Assembly (NCBI GenBank): GCA_030141605.1
Contig: JAQGDQ010000162.1
Location: 310,001 to 374,000, forward strand
Length of the DNA: 64,000 nt
From: Tubiluchus corallicola
Lineage: Eukaryota; Animalia; Priapulida
Direction: 5' to 3'
Both the position numbers and the translations under genes were made by a program. Of the stretch, positions 1 to 12,300 are shown piece by piece; the stretch's first letter is position 1, and each line of letters begins with the position of its first letter. The notes under the pieces were generated by a model, which was not told the origin of the DNA, did not search any database, and was given only the letters and a program-made list of their open reading frames with translations.

Positions 1-699
1 ATCATAATAAAAGATATCACGATACATCGTCACAGCGATGTTTCGTTACAGGCCTAGTCATCAACGATCATTACTAACATATAACAGCAACATTATAAAT
101 GCTTCACATAATGATGTAGCCACACAATACAGTTATGCATTTGTGAACCAAAACAATACAAGTCCACTAAACTTTCCAAACAACTAATATCCATCAATTT
201 ATCATGTTTGTGTTACAAATTAAATGCAATATTTTAACAACTTGCTGTCAATTGTTGTATGTGTCACTTTGCCTTACGATTCTCCATTGTTATCACACGA
301 AAACTGTCTAAATTAAAAGGTGTTAATTAAAACAAATCATATCCTGTTTGAAACTTATGCATCAATTTCAATCAGTTAAACGCTGAGCTTGAGATTTTGC
401 AGTTGATTTCATGGTCTCGTTATTAGCACACCCACAAACAGTTGACATCAACAGCTGACCGATTTCACGGTCATGTCCTTTTACTTTGTATAGAACAATA
501 GAAAAAAATCTTGTCTAAAATTGCAACTTTAGTAAGATTATGGTCAATTCCTTACGATGATGATGTTTTGAATTTAGTTTTTTTGAGAATATTAAATTGG
601 ACTGTTAATTTCGTTTTGAATATCAGTATATTGAATTTTTTCAGTATTTAATGCTATTGATCTACTTGAATTAGCTCCTTAAACGTAAAAATTGTTTAC

Positions 700-867
700 C
701 ATAAGTTCCAAATCCCGCCACGTTATTGTAGAAGGCAACGTCCAAACTTCAGATGAAGAAGCACAATTGGGATCGTCATTACGGAATTTTGATGCGTTGC
801 TTTTACCCAGATTGCCTTCACCAAATTTTACCACAGAAAACGAAATGTCAATCAGACTTGCAGACAT
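700..867 (-). CDS. Candidate first coding exon of a gene running off the left edge; possibly PB1-domain/NBR1-like
   Basis: Acceptor ctttag| before 869, ATG at 867, and a phase-0 donor ATG|gtaaac at 700. The peptide ends TITWRDLELM, resembling the NBR1 PB1 segment TTWADIEAM. Upstream minus-strand gtaagt donors lie near 1105 and 1182. No downstream exon was found in the window. Confidence 0.35.
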
Positions 868-3362
868 AGCTAAAGGTACTATTGTAACTTATCAAACTAT
901 TTGCTACTAAAGTAAAATTTAGAGAGAAATTCAAAATAATGATAATATCAAGGTACAAAAATTTTTTCCTTATGTTTCTTCTGTGTTTACAAACCAGCCG
1001 TTTGACTCTGTCAAAATGCGCTCAATAAAAAGTTCTAAGAAGAAAAATAACTTTACAATTTCTGATATGTATTTTGATTTTTCTAAAACGTTAGTCAGAA
1101 CTTACCATTGGAGATGTGACAACATTTCACTTATGACAACATAAACAAAAGATCAGAAAAATGCAAATTTCAAAAAACTTACTAATAACAAGTCCGTCCG
1201 CTGTATTATACCGCAACCTATTTTTAGCTTGTGAGTTACATGATCAGGTGACTGATTGTCATGGTTTCTTGGTTACGGTTGTCATTTATCAAACCCTGGC
1301 TGATCAGTTGTAACTGCTCCTTACTGCTTAGGCTTAAAAATTAAAGTGTAATAAAATCTATAAACATTTATTATTAAGGAAATTCGAAAGAAAGTAAGAC
1401 CAATTATTTTTTTTGTTGACGGCAATGCAGACCGTAATATCACGCCTCTCATAGGTCTTTTTCCAGAACAGTGGTGCAGACCTGTATATAGTGTGGTTGT
1501 AGATCTATTATTTGATCTTGAATTATTACTAACATGCTTTTATTTTTCGGGAAAGTTATGGATCTTATGGATATAACAAAAACCATGCACGCAGGTCACA
1601 TCGTTACAGCCGTTCATACATTACTTAGTCTACCTAGCCAACATTTCCAGCAGTATGTGATAAATTTTTTAACTTGTTAAATTACATTGTTTCTAATCTG
1701 ATTCACTGGGTAGGAAAAAGGTTCTAATTGAAAAATATTTTAAGCCTCTGTTTGTATTTTAAAGACGGCACAAGAAAAATTAAAATTATTATATTATGCC
1801 CTACGGAATGGCAGTATATAAAATAATTATATATCTAGGTGTAACAAAAATTTTAACCCATTAAAGCATTGCTATATACATAAAAGCACAATATTACTTA
1901 GTCCTATATCACCAGTGTCTCCTCTTACAACAAAAGTTAATACCATTAAAAGGACTAACCCAGTTTAGATGTAATCTGTATATCTCTATAGACTAATGCA
2001 GATGAACATAAAATGCAAAAGATAATAAATTTCCTCACAACAAAATAAAAAAAACCAAGGTTATCACTTCGTTTTTATATCATTTATTTATAACTTCACA
2101 AATTTTACAAATAGAAAGTTATAGCAGCAACTCACTTTATAGTAATAAGGTAACATGACCTTACTCTGCTTTATTGCATCAAAAGAAAAGTACCTTGCAT
2201 AGTACTTGAATTTACAACATTTACCTATGAAAGTTATAAAAGCAAGCAAACATTTCCTGGACTAGAAAGAAATCAGAAAACAAGACAAAATTTTTTTTTA
2301 AAAAAGTAAAGCTACGCCCAATCTAAACATTAACTTCCGTTGCTGTTGCTAAGGACAATGTAGCTAAGGCAAACTATTTTGCAGGTACAGATAAATACAT
2401 ACCAAATTCGAAGCAAGAGACTACTCTCTCAGATTAAACACAAGCAATGTGGCTTTAAATCTCAAGCCATTGAACATATCCTTAACCCACAAGTGAACAC
2501 AATACATCACATGGTTAAAAAGGCATCGATTTGAAATAATCTTTTTTGATGCATTGTTAATCTATAGCATTAACAGCAGTGAAATTGCACTAAGAAGAAG
2601 GTACACATCTCAGTGAGTATAAAGAAATGACTAGATTTACGTGCAAGAGTAAAAAGTTTAAGACTTTAAATTCAAAAAAGGTGATTTAATGCACAAATCA
2701 GATTAGTCTCGATACTTGTCCATACATATTCGTGACAGATTTCATGACAAACATTTCAGGCTCTACTACTTGATTAGAAGCCTTTTTAAAATACCAACAA
2801 CAACAAAAGATTACAATTCTATGTTCAATTATCAGCGACTTTATCAATGTCATAATTACGTATTTTCAGTAGCATGATGTTCAAATTCACGATCAATATA
2901 AACATGAGTTTTACACAATCATTTGGCACATAATGGCATATTGACATTTACAAATGCACAAGCTTGTTATAGAAACAACAGTTAATACAGTAATGTAATC
3001 TAACTTTCCCAGCACAAGGCACCACAGCACAAAAATAGCAAGAATCATGATATGAAAACATATTGTTTTTGAAGTTCATTCAATACAAACACTTACAGTG
3101 CGAAGGCTTTTCTTCAACAACTAAAATCAACTATAATTATCTTTCTGTGCAAAGACAGCAGCACAACAGCACTACCACAATGCAAAATTCATTTGAAAAT
3201 CAAAAACAGTATCAACGCCAACATACACATAATGTATGACTTAGTGAATTTCCACTTTCACAAATACTAAGCTTTCCTGGATAACTCTATCAAAACCTTA
3301 AAGTATCAGAAATACCCAACAGCTCACAAAAGAACTTCACTGAAAGATATTTTGATTTTAAT

Positions 3363-3771
3363 CAGTGGCGTAGCTAATAGTGGAGGAAGAGGGCAACTAC
3401 CCACGAACACATCTTTTAAAATTGGTGTCTTTTCAACAATATTTTAAACTCTTTTCTTGAGTTTTTCTTGAGGAATTATTGAAGAATTTTCTTGAGTCAT
3501 TACTCTATCTGACCAACCTGCTTCCGGTGTTTTTGAAATGAGTGTGCATTTACACAACCCATTAGTCAAGATACGCTGATTAAACCTAGGATGAAATCAC
3601 CCCAAATCTAATTATAAAAATATATTCTTGTCACACGCTGATACTCTCTGTTGTGGCGTAGACAAACATATAACTGCTTCATGTGTCACGGCGCCTTTTT
3701 GATTATGTGTTGCGGCACATTTATTTATGTGCTTGCTCCCCCTAAAACTTTAGAACCTGGCTATGCCCCTG
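3363..3771. mobile_element. Degenerate MITE (hAT-like ends)
   Basis: Imperfect terminal inverted repeats cagtggcgtagc ... gctatgcccctg. The flanking 8-mers match only 5/8. Confidence 0.45.
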
Positions 3772-5369
3772 ACCTTAACTCAACTGGTCCAAAATCCAGG
3801 TTACAAATCCTGGTAAAGTAGAATTTATTAGTATTTTGTAATAGTTTAAAACAGCAAATGTTTTTCTAGAGGCATTGCATTGAGTAGCATTAAGATAATA
3901 AAGCATTAGGATAGTGACATTGAAGAAGTATGACCACAATAAGTAGCTTAATAAACTATAGTTACTCAAAAATAGATCTAAAAATAAATTCATAATAAGA
4001 TAATTAAATTATTGTTACCAATAACAATGATTGTCATTCACAATAACGAAAAATAAACTTACACTGCTGCAGGTATCTTACTAAGTTTGTGCATTTATGA
4101 TCAGAAAAGAAGATGAAACCATATTAAACAAGGCGATATATTGACACGATTAACAAATGTTTATGTTAGATATATGCCTGCACACAGATTATTTTGATAG
4201 ATCTCTACACATTTACAACATCAAACACTCTTAACAAAATAATTAGCAAAATTTAGCTGTAAATAAATCTACAACTACTTCACAGCATCACTATAGCAAC
4301 TACGGAATATACATGATTGCTACAAAACTAAAACGGCAACCTAATAATACTAATTTGGCACATGAGCGTACATGACGACGTGTTAACGATTGATTCTTAG
4401 TTAAACAGCTGCAGTTCTGCAGCATACCAAATTTATTTCAAGCTTAGTTTATTTTGTTCATGCATTTTAGTACAAAATAAACCTCTGTTGCCAAAATAAA
4501 CACTAAGCAGAAAGTGGAAGCAAGTCTGGATCAACGACCTGAACAAACACTGCTGCAGACAATCCAGTTATGGATATGTAACTTCAGTAATGCATATATA
4601 AAAAACAGAATAGTAATTGTCACAGAAACTAGGAAATGGTTGGCAGTCTCAAGCAGCCACATTGGAGACAAAGTCCAATCACAATACCTATGGCAGTTTG
4701 TTCTTCTCGGAATGCCCAACACTATGATATGTGACATGGTTTTTTTACCTACAAACTGATAAGGCAAGTAGTCGAGTGTAATGAGCCACTCATAACTGCA
4801 AGCCAATGGAACTAACTTGTCTAAGAAACATCAAGTAATTCACAAATCAACTGTTCATTGCAGTCTGAAAATTGCAACTGATCACGTTAAGAGGAAAACT
4901 ACATATTTAAAGTATGTTTTTGATGGTTCACATGATAGAATTATTTCATCTAATAACTGTCTTAATAATTCGAAACACTCGGCTTAAAAGAAAAGAAAGT
5001 TGACCCTTAAAACGGCTACATTTGTCGTTGGTGTAGGAGATTAGTTATCAAATTTTACATGGCACTGCCTGAAACATCATATAGTGAAACTGCATGTAGA
5101 GAATTTAAAATTTAAATGCAAGTTTTTTGATTAGACAATGCTGTTCTTACTGAATAAGTTTGTTGCATTTTGAACACGATAATTTAATACATACATAATT
5201 TAATGCACTGCATACCTTAGAAACAATGACTACTTCACCGTAATTATTCAATCACGACCTCGTATGGCTCGTAAAATTCTCATTTACTGGTAAAAACATA
5301 GTTTAAAATACGACAATAATTTTAAAAGTTACATTTTGACCCAGGCAAATCTTATAAAATGCTCACATG

Positions 5370-5774
5370 AATAAGCCTTTCCACATTTTCGGAGTGCACT
5401 TTCGTAGTTGCTGAAGGTCAAAGGTTAAGTGAACCTCAGCAATGCGTCTTAACTACGATTGTTACGTGACATGTGGGCAAAGCAAAGCCATCTGCCGCAT
5501 CAGTTCAGTAAATTTAGTTGCAATTTCCATGTTGTTTTATGTGGATTTCGCTTAGTTATGCATTAGTCTGTGCAAAGTAGAGTGATTTACTAGCAGGATC
5601 TTGCTTGGGGACAATAAAAAAAGAATTAGGTAAGGTTCTAGTTAGCTGTGAAAACTGCTACTATTACAAAGCTGTGAGGCATTGTTAAGTGTACACAAAT
5701 GTATTGTATGGTTCACTTAACTTTTTAAGTTTTTACAATCAACATCAATTGCTGGAACTGTGAAAAGGCTTATT
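5370..5774. mobile_element. MITE family A, copy 1
   Basis: TIRs aataagcctttccaca ... tgtgaaaaggcttatt. The internal sequence (caaagccatctgccgcatcag...tagcaggatcttgcttg) recurs at about 23879 and 60264. Confidence 0.65.
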
Positions 5775-5936
5775 CCAGAAGATAAGAGACAATGACAAGA
5801 AAAAATACTAAGTTAATAAGTTAAAGGACTATAACAAATACTTTGTAGATGCTTACCAGTTAGACAAAAAAATGCAATAAGAAAAATAAATTTAATAGGT
5901 AGTATAAATTAAGAAATAATCATGGAATTTTTAACG

Positions 5937-6340
5937 CTATCGAACCAATGTTCCTGCCGAACTATCAACACGTGTTATTTCCGACTTTGGATCTGGAGAC
6001 ATGGAACTCCATGTGGTGGCACCACACAAATCCAGCTCCACACAACTTTCAGACTTATTGATCCTACATGTAACATGAATTCTCCAATGTGTCGACAATA
6101 TCTCATCTATCCAGTCGTGTAACAGATTGCTAGACAGCCATGCCTTGTTGTTTGCTTCACGAATGCGTATGTGGTCTTTGGTCTGGTTCAAGTTCAATGT
6201 GGATACATTAAGGTCTTTGTCTGCATATTTACCATCAGGTGGCCCTCTGTTAGCCACAGCAGCTTGAGATGACGTGATGGGCTCTCCATTGATGAATGCA
6301 GCCGGAGATATGACGAAAGTTAGTTCAGCCATAATTGTGC
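5937..6340 (-). CDS. XYLT: XYLT exon 14 (terminal)
   Basis: [12 protein letters not shown]...[17 protein letters not shown]...stop; phase-1 acceptor ttttag. Confidence 0.92.
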
Positions 6341-9300
6341 CTAAAATGTAGAAAGAAAGACTCAGTATCTGGCCCAAACTAATTACCAACCAGAATTTAT
6401 AAGTGCAAATCCGTTTTTTAAGTTTACGTCATTATTTTAAAGGAAATCAATAAATTTATAGGTGACTAATTGGAAAACATGAACATTTCTGGGTAGTTTC
6501 AATGCACTGAGCTATTTACTTTATTGTGGGATGATCCAAAAATAGATAAAAATGCCTCTGAAGCAGAAGTGATTCACAGAGGATTTAGCCTTGATAATAA
6601 ATCAAGTTCTGGCCACACAAACCATCAACAATGAAATCTAAATCAATTTAAAAAAAACGTCAATGATTTCATATCCAGGTTAATTTCGCTAAAATCTGCA
6701 GTTTTTATTATTACATTGGCTCATCTAACTGTTTTAATGAGTTTAATTAGCATTTGGATTAGCTAATTAATGGATTGCTGTAATTTTTGGAAATTCACAA
6801 AAATTTTATGATAGACTTGCTTTTTCCTATCAGATTGTATTCCTGTAAATCTTGCGGCCTACAAATGAGTTTATTAAAAAAAATTTCCAAAAACAATTCA
6901 TGCGTAAAACAAACAATGCATCACCAGTTCACACAGGTAACAGCCCTATTACTATGTTGACAATTGTTACTTTAGCTTAAATTATTTAGCCTTAATAATG
7001 TAATGGATTTCAATCCTACCACAAAGAACTCGTCCATAGAAAAAGAAGAGGGAGAAAAAAATACAGTCAACCTTGGGTGTAAAGTACTCGCTTATAAGGG
7101 ACCACCAACACCGGTCCCGATTTTTCCTATGTAAAAATCTTCGTATGTAAGCTACTCATATATAAGGGACTTTCGGTTATAAGGGACAATATCTTCAGGT
7201 CCCGCATAATAGACACCCAGTGATGTGACACTGGCTTAGAAAATGCCAAACTACATAAAACAGACACTTTCCAAACCTCGGTCCATGTTAGTTTTGTCCC
7301 AGTTTTTTCTTCAGTAAAGCTAAAACCTTTTATACAAACCATTAGTAAGGACCATCACACTCCAAACTCCTGGTCGCAAAGGCTGCTGCAATCCTGGCTT
7401 GTAATATCCAATGTGTGGTCCGGCCTTTACTTCAACTGTATGTACAGCAGCAATGACTGACAACGGATCAATGAAGACCAAAGTGGGTGTGACTTCCGGC
7501 CCGTTACCCCATTCGTGTATCACAGCTGGTTCGGAGTAGACTCCCAGGAGTGTGCCGTAGTTGCGGAATATTTGTTCCTTTTGATCAAAATCTGAACCTA
7601 CCTAAACATTCATAAAAATAACTCTTAATTTTGCATTTCGTCGAAAACTGTTAAAGTCAAGAGTTTTAAAGGCAAGGAAAGACAAAAAGAGGAGGAATCA
7701 AGAAAATACCTAAAAAAGGAATGAGGGATCAAGGAAAGACAAAAAGACCAGGGATTGGATGAAATAAATGTGTCCAAAAGCTATATATCTAAATCAGAAA
7801 CATCTTGAAAGTTTTGCACGACTAACCACTGGGGATGAGATGCGTAGAGAGAGAGAGGGAGACTCTTTATAGCAGAAAACCTTTTGCATTATTTAGTGTT
7901 GGGTTGTAACGCATTACTGTAATCAGATTACATTTTATAGTAAAGAGTAATGTAGCACAATTACTTTGCTTCGTCTTGTAATCAGATTACTTATTACATT
8001 TATGGTAGCTCTGTTGAACCTGTGTTACTTATTCATTTAACCAAGAATGGCATTTTAAATTGGGATATTTTGATTTAGTTGTTTGCTTATTTTTGCTACA
8101 CCGCCCTGCAAGAGCCTGCATGCACATAAGGTTTACTACTACAGTCTGAAACTTAAAAAACTGGTTTCCTATTTTTGTTTATGTTTTGTATTTATTGAGA
8201 TTCGTACATGTATTAAAATAATAAAAGTAAGAAACCAGCTGTCACTGTATAATTTACTTTCCAAAGTACAAAAATTGTGTAGATTTTTCAACATGCTGTC
8301 ATAAGCACATTACTAGATGTCATCTTGCAATTATCATAAAATGAATTATAATGCATAGTTCTGCTAAATTCTTTTTTCAACAATACACGTGTCTAAAGTG
8401 CAAGATTATCTTAGTAGCTAATAAGTCAAGTGATGCAGTTAATAAAAAATTTGTCAGACATTCTTACTGCTTGTGAATTAAACTGTAGTTACTGGTAAAC
8501 TACTTGCATTGCATGGCAGGTAAGTTTATTTTGCGCAAATACTTATGCTATTATAGACAACAGGAAATAGTTGGTACTTATTTAGCATTAGCATTTGTTT
8601 GACAAATTCCGTGCACTGGTTGCAGGACAAAAAATACTAAAACTTCTTTTAAAATGCATTGTTTAACATAAATTTGCATAAACAACTATTTGATTTGGAT
8701 ATTAATTATTAAGATTTATAAATAACTTAATTTTTGCACAAACACAAGCACATTTACGCTGATCCTATAAAACATAAAATAATGCACAAAAAACACAATC
8801 TACAAAAACACATTAAAATTAAATTAAAATTACAATCTCAACAAAAGGCTCCTTAAAAATGTAACTAAATACGAATTATATACACCATACAACACATTTT
8901 ATACAATAATATGGTATGGAGAGAACCAATTAGGCTTAAGATAATCTTGTATGTTTCCGATAAAGTAACACTAAATCAGTAAATTAACGTTAGCTAATCA
9001 GCTGCTAAAAGCTGACAAACTAGTAGAATCAACTACATAAGAATCCAGAGCATTCCAAATGTTTACAACTCTGTTAGTGAATAAAAAATTTGAGACATTT
9101 AGTCTCAAAGAAGATCATCTGAGCGGTCAGTACAGTGTGTTGGTGTGAGCCAAAGTTATTGCGGAAATTGGAGAAGACCGATTCAGCAAAGTTGCAAAGG
9201 TAGTAGAAGATACGAATTTTCACAGGGTCACTTAAGAAGAATGAATAAAATTGAATAGGTTTGCTCACTGGCTTGATTTCTTTCACCAAAGTATCATTCA

Positions 9301-12300
9301 AACAAGTTGAATTGGTAGACAAAACTAAAACTAAAGACTAATCAGTATGAGATTAATTTTACTATTGGTAATGAGTAAGATGATTGTGATTTTGCAAAAT
9401 AATCAGTAAGAGATTACTTTTACTATCGGTAATGTGTAATTTGATTACAATTTTTTCAACGTAATCAGTAATCATGAAAGATTACTTCTTAAAAGAAACA
9501 AAGCCAACACTAATCATTTATAGACATTAATATCAAAGCAATGTTCACCTTCAGACTTTCTCTCTCTTTGTAGACGTGGACTTCTAGAAGTGTTTTTGGT
9601 TTCAAGTGACACGATTGCTTCTGGCGGCTCGCTAACCTCGTGTAGGAATGATAATACGTCAGATATGTACTGCTGGGTTTAGGTGATATGTCTAAATGAT
9701 GATATTCATTCTGCCAGTAACTAGTTGCACCTAGGATATCTAATAAAACAAAATATGTACATTTGTAACGAGACAAATGACAAACAATGTCGCACACACG
9801 CTAATGGTATAAAAAATAAAGAGAATCATGATACCACGCATGCTATAAATGCGACTAAATGAATGAATGTATTAACACAAAGCATTTTTAGAAGAAAGGT
9901 GAAGATTTGAAAAGATAGCAGGTTTCAATGCTTCCTCTAGCAAGTTTGCATGGAAATGAAAATGTAAATTTTACTGGGAATGGGCAACTTGACAGAGAAA
10001 GGAAGACAGACGAAGAAATGAAAAGAGAAAAACGAACGAGCGAAAGAAAGAGAGAGACATACATGAAAAGGAAAACTCTTAGCAAATGCTTTTTACGTTA
10101 TACTTACGTTCAAGCTTAGCACCATGAAGCCATGTTTCTACATCGTCTATAATATGTTGATTGACTATGGCTTCAAACTTGCGAGCAAAGTACACTGGTC
10201 TGTTCTCCGTGGCCTACAAATACCAATTGAATAGGAAAAAGTTAACAAAAAAGATATTGATAAATGTCTTAGTGCCCTATCACTAAGAATCTTTAGACTT
10301 CATTAGACTTTGTAAAAACATCCTTTTATTTTGATAATTTCAAATTTTCAGACACAAGCACATACAAACACAAATCTACTACTACTACTACTACAAATTC
10401 AAATTTGTAAACATCTGTAAAACTAATGTTTACAAAACATGTAGATATCAGCAGGTTTATTATAAAGGGCTCTTTGTGATTTTTACGGTAATAATTGTTC
10501 ACCAGTCTGACAGTCGGTTGCTAAGATCTAAGCCAGATGTAAATGCCACAGCGCAGTAAGGAAAATGATAGCCATTCTGGTAATATTGTACTGTACGTAG
10601 ACTATGAAAATGAAGAGTGTATACAACACGCATCTGTCTTTATATGCATTTGTGCATCACTCCAATTTGTGAGGCTCAGATTTCAGCAGAAACACTAGTT
10701 GGAGTTCCTGATTAGTTGGCAAAAGCCAAGTCAGAGCGACACTATCTACTTGAAAAATGTGTCACTCTGTTACTGAGTGAACTACACAGCAGTGCACTTT
10801 AAAATATTGAAAGGAAACATAATGTTTTTCAAAAATGACTTACGTGAAAGAATTATTACCACACAAACACAATTTCGCATTCGCAAAAACTAGTTCTACT
10901 TTGTTAGAATTTGCACCGAGTTTTAGCACAGAATCTCTTACAGTAGCACTGTACTTCAATTTTCGCTTTTGCAAACATGTGAAACACGCTCATGGAATAT
11001 TTTTTGCTTCATGCTGTTGAAAATTATGTTAGTTTGTGAAGTCATCAATAGCTGGGCTTGCCCGCTGGTAATTAAGATTTTAATCTATTATTTAATTATC
11101 AGAAACATTTTTGCAGGATGAATTGCATTTAAATGTATACTTTTTATCAGACTTGAAAATGGGCAGCACATGAAAAATCATCCTGTCTTCCTTTAAACAT
11201 GTAGTGCATAATCATAGTAATTTTATGCAAAAAATTGAATACTGAATATAAGAAATCTGGTAAGCCATTTATCAGCAAATTGTTGATTTTAGATGAATAA
11301 TAAAATGAAAACTCAAGAACAGCCAGATAAAATCCAACCATGGCAAATACCTGCAAACGCATGAGATCTGTGGGCTTAAAATCGTTAGGTGAGCAGCCGC
11401 ACCAGTCGACGATGTGCTTGTATTGACACTTGCAACCTTGCTTGCGCCTCCAGTTAGTGACATGAAGGTTATTGTCGACGAATGTTTCGCAGAATTCACT
11501 ATTGTGCAGGACGGTGTGAAAAAACGACTGAAAAAGAAAGGCAATCAGGTAATAGAAAATCTAATAACGTATTGTTTGTTTATTCATTTAAATGACGTCA
11601 CATCAATATGGGGAATGGCAAAATACTGGATATTTGTGTAGATATACAAGCAATAACTAACCGATCTATCACTGTAAACATCTTAAGGCTGTGTCATCCA
11701 CACTAATAGCTAACAGAACCAGTGTTACTTAGCTTTCAAAAACAATTCCAAAGAAACTTAAAAGCCCCAGAATTCTGTTTAATGAGGAACTGAACCAGCT
11801 GAGGTATCTTAACCAGAAGCAGTTTCCCAGCCCGTCAGTCTATCCTTTTGTTAATCAGAATCAGTGTGGCTTAATTTTAGTCAGTAAAAAAGACAGTTAC
11901 ACACTGACCATTCAACTATTATACTCACCCTATTTTTTAATGTCATCTAAAAGTAAAAAATCTAACAGTTACAAAAATGTATGGATGCAATCGTAATTAT
12001 ACTGTAGGGAGTTTTCAATAGAAATTCAATCTGATATGCAAGATTTGGTTTTAATATTATAAAAACAATGATGAAAAAAGACACCTAATATATCTAGAAG
12101 CATTTACACCAGCTTTGCAAAGTGAATAATACTGTACAGACTACAAAAACAAGTTAGTAGGATTTCCCCTTTACTACCATTGTGTGCATCTAACCACATG
12201 CAGACTGATTAAAATACAGATGGAAATAAAGGTGTACTGTGTGCAAATTCATGTAATTCCTATTCCTATTGTCTAAACTGTCAAATTACTTATATGCTCA

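Noticed and set aside
9074-9322. 82-aa ORF as the missing XYLT exon
   Set aside because: No resemblance to the expected XYLT segment; it lies inside the TIR-bounded element and looks like transposase debris.
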